IMG/VR virus record: IMGVR_UViG_3300000553_000021
Location: 13,528-77,527 of that record
Strand: one strand, 5' to 3'
Source: a virus
Taxonomy: Duplodnaviria; Heunggongvirae; Uroviricota; Caudoviricetes
Length of the DNA: 64,000 nt
In this document: positions 56,979-64,000 of the stretch, one piece after another
Layout: each line of letters starts with the position of its first letter
How positions within the stretch are numbered: the first letter of the stretch is position 1
Program-made: the position numbers and the translations under genes
The notes under the pieces: generated by a model
What the model was told of the DNA's origin: nothing
What the model saw: only the letters and a program-made list of their open reading frames with translations
The model's database searches: none

Positions 56979-57589
56979 TGAAAGAGTATTATTGTAGATA
57001 TTGTGGAAAGGAAAGTACATATACGGATGTAGATTATTTAATAGGTAACGATCATTTGAGTTGTGTATTAAACGCAATGGATGAAGCTAAAAAACCAAAA
57101 GTTATGAAAATTAAAGGGTGGGAAAAAATAAGTGGATATGTATACAAAGGATATGCATTAGTAAATCCAATACACAATGCCGGTGAGACAAAATATATGG
57201 TAGATGTATTAGACTTAAACTTACCACATAAACCAAAATGGGAATTGAGTGTATTGACATCGGAACATAAATGGTTGGGTAGCAAATCAGATAATTTTGG
57301 TATCTTATTGTGGGATGATAATCGTATGAATGTAACACGTTCAGTTAATAAAGAGGACATGCAATCACTAGCAAAGTTTAATAGAGTATTTGAGGAAATG
57401 ATAGATGAAATGTTGGGAATAAGATTAGCATCAGCACCAGCATATAGTAGCCATTCAATGGGGGGTATTGTAAATAATGTAACTAATAGTGGAACTACAA
57501 TACCATATGCACAAATGATACAAACTCAACAAAGTTTATCAGCACAAATTAAACAATTAACTAAAAAGATAAATGGTGGAAGCAAATAA
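56978..57589 (+). CDS. hypothetical protein
   Basis: ORF track 203 aa; N-terminal CRYCGKE Cys pair. Confidence 0.5.
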   Translation: MKEYYCRYCGKESTYTDVDYLIGNDHLSCVLNAMDEAKKPKVMKIKGWEKISGYVYKGYALVNPIHNAGETKYMVDVLDLNLPHKPKWELSVLTSEHKWLGSKSDNFGILLWDDNRMNVTRSVNKEDMQSLAKFNRVFEEMIDEMLGIRLASAPAYSSHSMGGIVNNVTNSGTTIPYAQMIQTQQSLSAQIKQLTKKINGGSK

Positions 57590-57794
57590 AATAGAAAATC
57601 CAAAATCGGATGAGAAAGTATGTTTCAACTGCCAACATATGTTATGGTTAGTAGGTGTGGGACAAGGTGTGAAGTGTGGATTGACAATGAAAGCAATATC
57701 AAGTCGTTACTACACCTGTGATAAGTTTGAGTTTAAGAGTGGTGGTAGTTATGATGACCTATTTAACAAAGTTGGAGTAGCACATAAAAACTAA
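57573..57794 (+). CDS. zinc-binding small protein
   Basis: CFNCQH...CGL...CDKF. Confidence 0.4.
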   Translation: MVEANKIENPKSDEKVCFNCQHMLWLVGVGQGVKCGLTMKAISSRYYTCDKFEFKSGGSYDDLFNKVGVAHKN

Positions 57795-57798
57795 TATA

Positions 57799-57945
57799 TG
57801 GAATATATAAGTGAGCATCCGTTTTATTTAGTTATAGTAATAGCATTTTGTATGGTATTTTTCTTAACAAGAGCGGATATGAAACATGATAAACATAGAA
57901 AACTAATTGAGGAAAGAAAAAAGAAAAAACTATGCAAGAAATAAT
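57799..57945 (+). CDS. small membrane peptide (48 aa)
   Basis: single TM, basic tail; not in ORF track. Confidence 0.3.
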
Positions 57946-58174
57946 AACAATCATATCAATATTTGTAGGTATGTTTATATTATTCCAAATCGAAAGAATT
58001 GGAAATAAGAAACAGAATAGAATTAATAAAGAAACAGAATTAAGATTAGGTGACACAAAGTTACAAAAGTTTTATACTGAAATGAATACCGATAGAAACG
58101 ATGGTTGGACAAAGCAACATTATAAATTTTTATACGAAGCAAGATTAAAAGAATTAATGGATGGCAATAGGTAA
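57932..58174 (+). CDS. membrane-anchored hypothetical protein
   Basis: N-terminal TM IITIISIFVGMFILF. Confidence 0.4.
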   Translation: MQEIITIISIFVGMFILFQIERIGNKKQNRINKETELRLGDTKLQKFYTEMNTDRNDGWTKQHYKFLYEARLKELMDGNR

Positions 58175-58391
58175 ACATTGTATAGAGTGTAAAAGATGGT
58201 ACCCGTTATTTATGTTCAAAAAGGATATAAGGGTATTTCAGTTACCAATCGCATACGGAAAGGTGAGGAGATGTAGATTATGTGTTCACACCGAAAGTGG
58301 TAAGGGTGGGGTTGTTAGGTGGACAGGTGAGGATTTCAAAGTAGTGACACTGACATGGAAACAAAGATTAAAAGAATTATTTAATAAATAA
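58161..58391 (+). CDS. zinc-ribbon protein
   Basis: CIECKRW...CRLCVH. Confidence 0.4.
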   Translation: MAIGKHCIECKRWYPLFMFKKDIRVFQLPIAYGKVRRCRLCVHTESGKGGVVRWTGEDFKVVTLTWKQRLKELFNK

Positions 58392-58403
58392 AAACAATAA
58401 GTT

Positions 58404-59096
58404 ATGGATTTAAGTTTAGTATTAGCATTTTTAGTGCTATTTGGTATTATGTGTATATTTGCAATAGGATTTTTAGTAGGTGCAAAACAACAAAGTAAAG
58501 TACCAAAACAAACCGAAAATAGATTTGACAACGATGGATTTGACAAAGAAGCATTTCAAAAGTTAGCAGGTATTATACCAACAAAACCTAACGATGAGCT
58601 TCGCCAAATGTTAGTTAAAAACAATGTCTTTGATAAGGAAAAAATTATTAAGGAATTAGTTAAAGCAGCAGAAAATAGTGACTTCCCTGCGCCGGACCCA
58701 TCAATTAATATACGAACTGCAAAGATTTCTACAATTGATAGAAATGGTAATAGTGACCCTTTAGCAGATTTACCAATGAGTAGAGTATCAATAGAAACAA
58801 AAGAAAAAATAGCTGAATTAGTTAAAGCGGATATTGCTAAACAGATAGAGGATAAAGTAAATTCATTACCAATTGCAGTCCAAAACTTAATGGACCCGAA
58901 TAAGGTACATGATATGATTGCAAGTCCTGGTATCAAACCAAAAAGAAAATACACAAAAAGAAAACCAAAGATAGTTAATCAATTTGCAAATCAGAATAGA
59001 GCAGAAATTGAAGCAAACGAAGCTGCATCTATTCAATTGACCGGTGAAAGTGACTCACATTACTATTATAAACAAACTAAAGATAAAAAGAAATAG
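58404..59096 (+). CDS. membrane-anchored hypothetical protein
   Basis: N-terminal TM; TAAGTTATGG context. Confidence 0.5.
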   Translation: MDLSLVLAFLVLFGIMCIFAIGFLVGAKQQSKVPKQTENRFDNDGFDKEAFQKLAGIIPTKPNDELRQMLVKNNVFDKEKIIKELVKAAENSDFPAPDPSINIRTAKISTIDRNGNSDPLADLPMSRVSIETKEKIAELVKADIAKQIEDKVNSLPIAVQNLMDPNKVHDMIASPGIKPKRKYTKRKPKIVNQFANQNRAEIEANEAASIQLTGESDSHYYYKQTKDKKK

Positions 59097-59098
59097 TT

Positions 59099-59398
59099 TT
59101 GCTTACTATTAAAAACATATCAAAGTTAAATGGGTACGAAGCACATCCTTGGAAAATAGATACAATATCGACCAATGATGACACTTATATATTCTTAATT
59201 GATAACGCCGATAAACATTTTATAACTACGGCAGTATTACATAGAATACCACAAGATATTGATGGAAATATACTATATAGTTTGACCGTTTATAGGGATG
59301 AACAATTAATACCTAAAAGCCTATTAAGTTCACCTAAATCATTGGGTAAACATATTATAAATTTACTTAATATGATTGAGTTTACCAATCCTTTTTAA
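59099..59398 (+). CDS. MLTIKNI-family small protein (TTG start)
   Basis: (L)LTIKNISKLNG...TYIFLI...AVLHRIPQDIDG. Confidence 0.45.
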   Translation: MLTIKNISKLNGYEAHPWKIDTISTNDDTYIFLIDNADKHFITTAVLHRIPQDIDGNILYSLTVYRDEQLIPKSLLSSPKSLGKHIINLLNMIEFTNPF

Positions 59399-59449
59399 CA
59401 TATATAACTGGTTGAAAATCAATGAATTAGCTCTAAAATACCAATATTT

Positions 59450-59480
59450 TTGGTAGTTTGGGGCTTTTTTCGTATCTTTG
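59450..59480 (+). promoter_or_regulatory. promoter (-33 TTG 59450-52; -7 TATCTTTG 59473-80), leaderless into ATG 59486
   Basis: TTTCGTATCTTTGACTATATG is the same block as 17786-17800. Confidence 0.5.
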
Positions 59481-59485
59481 ACTAT

Positions 59486-59752
59486 ATGATAACAATTAAA
59501 AATAGTGATGCAATTATCCGACGAGACCTTACTGATAATTGGTATGTGTTGGGTATTAAGATGGGTTATAATGCATATTATATTAATCTAACACAAACGG
59601 GTGCATTAAAATTCAAAAATTGTAAGTTATTTAGAGAGCCAAATGCAGCCGGTTTATACATACTCAAACATGGGAATTATACGTGTTCACTAACCAAACA
59701 GCAATTAGGTGATATGAATTATGTTTTAAAATGTTTAGAAACTTTTATATGA
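59486..59752 (+). CDS. MLTIKNI-family small protein
   Basis: MITIKNSDAIIRR...; ORF track 59450..59752 trimmed to the ATG after the promoter. Confidence 0.5.
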   Translation: MITIKNSDAIIRRDLTDNWYVLGIKMGYNAYYINLTQTGALKFKNCKLFREPNAAGLYILKHGNYTCSLTKQQLGDMNYVLKCLETFI

Positions 59753-60048
59753 TAACAATAAAGAATTACAGCGAGATATGTGGCCATAAGGTAGGAGTTA
59801 ATGGACATAGAATTGTAGGTGTGGATGAATTACCAACACAATATAGTATTATTATTTATGATAATGTAAACCCACGTTTTACAATATGTTTAGAACGATT
59901 GGGTATTAATGGTGATTATGAATTATGGGTAAGAAATGTATCACCATATACAAATCATAAAATAATTAAAAGATTAATGATACCAAAAGCAGATATTCAA
60001 AACAAATGGATATTATTAGAACATTTAGACGAGTTATTAAGTAAATAA
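59749..60048 (+). CDS. MLTIKNI-family small protein
   Basis: MITIKNYSEICG...; ATGA overlap with the upstream stop. Confidence 0.5.
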   Translation: MITIKNYSEICGHKVGVNGHRIVGVDELPTQYSIIIYDNVNPRFTICLERLGINGDYELWVRNVSPYTNHKIIKRLMIPKADIQNKWILLEHLDELLSK

Positions 60049-60143
60049 TGTACGATAAGCAAACGATAGTATATGTAGTGGTGATTATGTTGATGTATGT
60101 TTATTACCTATATGATTATATTAAAAAGAAAAACAAATAAGTT

Positions 60144-60464
60144 ATGTTCAAAGCAGGAGACCACTACATACATTTTACTAAATATGGTGGCGTAAACAAA
60201 GGTATTGTAAAAAGAATTGCCTATTCTAATGTATGGGATGGTGCAAACAAAGTGGTATATAAAAGACCACATATCATTACACAAAACAATTTCAATTTGG
60301 AATTAGATGGTAGTGATGGTAGAGTATATAAAATAGATAGAGAAATTACAGAGGAGCAAGTAGCTAAAATGGCTGAGTTTGTATCCGATATAAAAGATAG
60401 AAAGGAACAAACTAAAAAAGATATAACTAAAAGATTTGAAAAAACAATCTTACCATTAAAATAA
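60144..60464 (+). CDS. hypothetical protein
   Basis: ORF track; TAAGTTATG context. Confidence 0.45.
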   Translation: MFKAGDHYIHFTKYGGVNKGIVKRIAYSNVWDGANKVVYKRPHIITQNNFNLELDGSDGRVYKIDREITEEQVAKMAEFVSDIKDRKEQTKKDITKRFEKTILPLK

Positions 60465-60469
60465 ACAAT

Positions 60470-61348
60470 ATGAATTTAGGTTACGCTTGTATTAACATGA
60501 GTATGGGTAAGAAGGTCACTACAAACCGAACAATGGTTAAGAGGACCTTTGAGGCTAAGGGGTTAGATTATGTATCGGAGTTAGCGTTGCTTAATTCAAA
60601 GGATATTATCAAAGTATTAGAATGGAATAGACAGAATGGAATTATGTTCTTTCGTTTATCCTCAACAATAATACCTTGGGGTGACCACATTGATATAACT
60701 ACTCTCAAAGATTACAAAGAGATTAAGAGTGAGTTAAAGAAAGCCGGTGACTTCGCTAAGTTCTGGAATATGAGGATAACATCACATCCAGGTCCGTTCA
60801 ATGTATTAGTATCGCCTAAAGAGGAAGTGGTATTAAATACGATAGCTGATTTAGAATTACATGCTAAGATATTTGATATGATGGGGTTATCTAAAACACC
60901 TTATAACAAAATTAATATACATTGTAACGGAGTGTATGGCGATAAGATAAAAGCAATGGATAGATTTTGTGATAACTTTGCACGATTATCCGATTCAGTT
61001 CGTAGCCGATTAACAATTGAGAATGATGACAAAGCTAGTATGTATTCAGTTAAGGACTTAATGTATATTCACAATAAGATAGGAATACCTATTACATTTG
61101 ATTATCATCATCATAAATTTTGTACCGGTGGATTGAGTGAGCAAGAAGCATTGGAGTTAGCAATAACAACATGGCCTAAAGGTATAACGCCAGCAGTTCA
61201 CTATTCGGAAAGTAGAGACGATAAGAAACCGCAGGCACATAGTGATTACATTGAAAGGTTACCTGAAACATATGGTAATGTGGTGGACATAATGGTAGAA
61301 GCAAAACAAAAAGAATTAGCAATATTAAAATTTATAAAGAATGATTAA
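60470..61348 (+). CDS. uvdE: UV-damage endonuclease UvdE/Uve1 family
   Basis: LGYACINMS start, FRLSS, SHPGPFNVL, TIENDD, FDYHHH, VHYSE, MVEAKQKELA blocks typical of the UVDE TIM-barrel family. Confidence 0.65.
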   Translation: MNLGYACINMSMGKKVTTNRTMVKRTFEAKGLDYVSELALLNSKDIIKVLEWNRQNGIMFFRLSSTIIPWGDHIDITTLKDYKEIKSELKKAGDFAKFWNMRITSHPGPFNVLVSPKEEVVLNTIADLELHAKIFDMMGLSKTPYNKINIHCNGVYGDKIKAMDRFCDNFARLSDSVRSRLTIENDDKASMYSVKDLMYIHNKIGIPITFDYHHHKFCTGGLSEQEALELAITTWPKGITPAVHYSESRDDKKPQAHSDYIERLPETYGNVVDIMVEAKQKELAILKFIKND

Positions 61349-61517
61349 AGTATTAAAATCAATCGGACGGGCAGCATTAATTATATTAGGTGGATTAACA
61401 CTTGGAGTTTCTTTATTTGCAATATGCAATAATATAACTGCAGATTGGGCAATTGTATCATTGGTTTGTATTTTAATAGGAATTACTGCATTTATAGATT
61501 ACAAAATAAACAATTAA
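61341..61517 (+). CDS. small membrane protein (58 aa)
   Basis: two TM helices; overlaps upstream stop; not in ORF track. Confidence 0.3.
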   Translation: MIKVLKSIGRAALIILGGLTLGVSLFAICNNITADWAIVSLVCILIGITAFIDYKINN

Positions 61518-61518
61518 T

Positions 61519-61758
61519 ATGATAACAGGAATAGTAATATACTTAATAGGATTTTTTTTAACACTAACATTTTTCAAATACTTTGGAGTTAAGATAGGAT
61601 TTGATTATACAAATAATACATCGTGGGATGATTGGAGTAGTAATGAGACAGCATATACTGCATTTGCATTAACATGGTTTGCAGTAGTACCAATGTTATT
61701 AATAGCAGGTATTATGCGAGCAGTATTTTTATTTTGTAAATGGTATTTAAAAAGATAA
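61519..61758 (+). CDS. small membrane protein
   Basis: two TM helices. Confidence 0.4.
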   Translation: MITGIVIYLIGFFLTLTFFKYFGVKIGFDYTNNTSWDDWSSNETAYTAFALTWFAVVPMLLIAGIMRAVFLFCKWYLKR

Positions 61759-61762
61759 AACA

Positions 61763-61984
61763 ATGACATTAGAATTTAGTTTATTAAGTAAATACAAATC
61801 GTTGGTGGGAATAGTAGTAGAAAGACACGGTAAGATGTTGAAAGATAATGATGGTAAACCATTGTTCCAATCAACCGTCGTTATTAGTTTAGGTTTCCTA
61901 TTTGGTTATCTGTCACTACACTTTGATTTGGGTGCGGCAATAGCAATGGATGATATGATTACACGATATAAAGACACATTATAA
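61763..61984 (+). CDS. small membrane protein
   Basis: ORF track. Confidence 0.4.
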   Translation: MTLEFSLLSKYKSLVGIVVERHGKMLKDNDGKPLFQSTVVISLGFLFGYLSLHFDLGAAIAMDDMITRYKDTL

Positions 61985-61985
61985 T

Positions 61986-62249
61986 ATGCTAACAATTAAA
62001 AATCCACAAAGGTTAATAGGTGAGGAATATAGTGATTGGTTAAAAGTAATTAGTGTAAAAGAACATAATAATCATTATGAGTTTACATTAGCTAATAAAG
62101 AAATGAGCCAAATAGAAACTTTCTTATTACATAGAAAACGAACAGAGAATGGCAATTATATACTGGAATATAATAGTCACACACTATGGTTAAATAAAGA
62201 TGAATTTGACACAATCGATAAGATTATAATTTGTATGCAAACTATATAA
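61986..62249 (+). CDS. MLTIKNI-family small protein
   Basis: MLTIKNPQRLIGE...HYEFTL...FLLHRKRTENGNYILEYNS. Confidence 0.5.
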   Translation: MLTIKNPQRLIGEEYSDWLKVISVKEHNNHYEFTLANKEMSQIETFLLHRKRTENGNYILEYNSHTLWLNKDEFDTIDKIIICMQTI

Positions 62250-62253
62250 GAAT

Positions 62254-62565
62254 ATGCTAGTAATAAAAAACATAGATAAGATAGCCGGTAGACATATAGA
62301 AACAACATGTGGTATTTTTGAAATATACAATATAATACAAAAGGATCATGTATATGGATTTACATTGAGAAATTTTGATAATCATAATAACTTTGTTCAA
62401 TTGAAGTTAGCTAGAACAAACCCAGTTTTATATAATGACCATTATCAGTTATCAATCAATGGATTTAGTGGAACATATGTTATGCTAAATGCTAGTGGGT
62501 TATCGGATAAAGAAAAGTTTTTAGAATGGATGGTAGAATTGTTGAATAGTCATTGGAATAAATAG
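62254..62565 (+). CDS. MLTIKNI-family small protein
   Basis: MLVIKNIDKIAGR... Confidence 0.5.
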   Translation: MLVIKNIDKIAGRHIETTCGIFEIYNIIQKDHVYGFTLRNFDNHNNFVQLKLARTNPVLYNDHYQLSINGFSGTYVMLNASGLSDKEKFLEWMVELLNSHWNK

Positions 62566-62631
62566 CAGCGGGGGCTGGGGGGACTCGGTGTCGATTAGGA
62601 AAATTTTTTGATAGTAGAAAACATATATACA

Positions 62632-62937
62632 ATGCTTACAATAACTAATATAGATAAGTTACAAAATGAAATGGTTGCATACAATGGTAGTAATTGGATG
62701 GTAACTAAAATCAATATTAATAATGAGTTAGATTACTACGGAATAGTGATACGAAAACAACCTGATACAGCAGGTGAATATATAGTATTCTACTTAATGA
62801 GAGACAGTGTTGGTGATGGGGAATATGAATTACATAGTAACAAAAGTAGTACAAAGAGACGGATACACACAACGGATATAAAGACTCTGTATAAATTCTT
62901 ATCATTAATACAAAAAGAAATTCGTAGGTTATGCTAA
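62632..62937 (+). CDS. MLTIKNI-family small protein
   Basis: MLTITNIDKLQNE...; ORF track 62608..62937. Confidence 0.5.
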   Translation: MLTITNIDKLQNEMVAYNGSNWMVTKININNELDYYGIVIRKQPDTAGEYIVFYLMRDSVGDGEYELHSNKSSTKRRIHTTDIKTLYKFLSLIQKEIRRLC

Positions 62938-63275
62938 ACATACAAAACATATTTAGAATAAGACATAAGACAATACAAATAGGTGGTGAGACGTGGACAA
63001 TAGATAATGCATTAGAACTTGATTTATTAGATGGTAATTATTATCAATTCAGTATACATTCATTCTTTAATAACCAAATGGTTTACATATTTTTGAATAG
63101 AGAAACAAAAGGAGAAAAGCAAAAAGAACAAATCTATAATCATTTTGAAAGGAGAGGTGAACATTATGAGTTGACAAATAGTTGGAATACGGATATGGTT
63201 ACAATTAATAAAGAACTATTAAGTATACCAGGATTATTATTGTTTATGCAACATATGTTAGAAACAATAAAATAG
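62931..63275 (+). CDS. MLTIKNI-family small protein
   Basis: MLNIQNIFRIRHK... Confidence 0.5.
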   Translation: MLNIQNIFRIRHKTIQIGGETWTIDNALELDLLDGNYYQFSIHSFFNNQMVYIFLNRETKGEKQKEQIYNHFERRGEHYELTNSWNTDMVTINKELLSIPGLLLFMQHMLETIK

Positions 63276-63281
63276 AATACA

Positions 63282-63611
63282 ATGCTAAAAATAAAGAATT
63301 ACTATTATGATAACCCAATGGGAAAGAATTATTATTTCTTTGAGGGTTGTAGTATGTATAATGCATTAGAAAAGGAATTAGTTTATGTATTTTTTATAAG
63401 AGATAAGGATTGTGTTAAACTATGTGAAATTAATTTAGCCAGAGAGCCTAATCCTGAGGGTAAGTATGGTATGTGGGGTGTGGCAGATGATACTAAATAC
63501 CGAACAACGCCGACTAGGTATATAGATAAGGAACTAATAACGAATTGGAACTGGGTAGTAACCGATATGAATGGAATTATACATGATATATTAAGAATGC
63601 AACAATGCTAA
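63282..63611 (+). CDS. MLTIKNI-family small protein
   Basis: MLKIKNYYYDNPM... Confidence 0.5.
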   Translation: MLKIKNYYYDNPMGKNYYFFEGCSMYNALEKELVYVFFIRDKDCVKLCEINLAREPNPEGKYGMWGVADDTKYRTTPTRYIDKELITNWNWVVTDMNGIIHDILRMQQC

Positions 63612-63928
63612 GAATAGAAAACATAGATAAAATAATCAATCAAAGAATTGTATTAAATATAGTAAGGCCAGATAGGAGAGGAACTTATTATATACTTAAC
63701 ACATGGAGATGGTTGCAAGAGGGAAATGAATTATACTATTTTCATTTGAGACATATAAACAAATTACATAGTGATGTGAGAATAGTATTGAATAGGTTTA
63801 AGACAGGTGAGGGTTATATACTTTGGGACGAGGATAACCCAAATAATAGTATGTTAGTAACGGCAGAACAAATGAAAGATAAACAAACCTTTCTTAAAGC
63901 AATTGAATTAATAATGGTAATGAAATAA
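63605..63928 (+). CDS. MLTIKNI-family small protein
   Basis: MLRIENIDKIINQ... Confidence 0.5.
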   Translation: MLRIENIDKIINQRIVLNIVRPDRRGTYYILNTWRWLQEGNELYYFHLRHINKLHSDVRIVLNRFKTGEGYILWDEDNPNNSMLVTAEQMKDKQTFLKAIELIMVMK

Positions 63929-63929
63929 T

Positions 63930-64000
63930 ATGCTAACGATAGAAAACATACAACGATTAAAAAACAAAACATTAGGAAATAGTTTCTATTATGTTGATAG
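63930..64000 (+). CDS. MLTIKNI-family small protein, 3' end outside window
   Basis: MLTIENIQRLKNKTLGNSFYYVD... runs to the window end. Confidence 0.45.
   Translation, partial: MLTIENIQRLKNKTLGNSFYYVD

Noticed and set aside
1-64000. CRISPR array or other long perfect tandem repeats
   Set aside because: No regularly spaced direct repeats with unique spacers were seen. The recurring motifs are promoter/palindrome modules 8-19 kb apart.

Overview
AT-rich, densely packed window with all genes on the + strand. I read it as a non-structural (early/accessory) region of a large virulent phage that infects a Bacteroidetes (Flavobacteriia-like) host.

Evidence for the host assignment:
- Promoters carry the Bacteroidetes sigma-A -33 TTG / -7 TAnnTTTG architecture with 19-20 nt spacing.
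- Start codons lack Shine-Dalgarno sequences and sit in A-rich contexts.
- Many lipoprotein signal peptides have the Bacteroidetes-style MKK...C form.

No capsid, terminase, tail or rRNA genes are visible.

Recognisable functions:
- DNA transactions: ATP-dependent DNA ligase, UV-damage endonuclease UvdE, a Cas4-like Fe-S PD-(D/E)XK nuclease, an HNH endonuclease and a secreted DRGH-type non-specific nuclease.
- Glycan-related genes: a cluster of five glycosyltransferases plus several SGNH-hydrolase-like proteins.
- Hydrolases: three HAD-like proteins and three metallophosphoesterases.
- Other: a vWA + AAA (CobT/CobS-like) pair, a TonB-dependent receptor, a 2x[4Fe-4S] ferredoxin, a Dps-like mini-ferritin, two histone-H1-like proteins, a band-7 (SPFH-fold, stomatin/prohibitin/flotillin/HflK/C) lipoprotein, a glucosaminidase-type lysin, two SWIM zinc-finger proteins, an orphan ImmA/IrrE protease and many tiny membrane or zinc-ribbon proteins.

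The most striking features:
- A family of at least 16 paralogous ~100-aa proteins that all begin MLTIKNI-like. Ten of them sit in a tandem array at the 3' end of the window.
- A reiterated ~45-bp palindromic element (TAACTCATTGATTATCAGCAAGTTATAAC...) that is coupled to a near-identical promoter at five module boundaries.
- Several leaderless promoters.
- A tRNA acceptor/T-arm-like minihelix.
- A TonB-receptor plus secreted-nuclease module.
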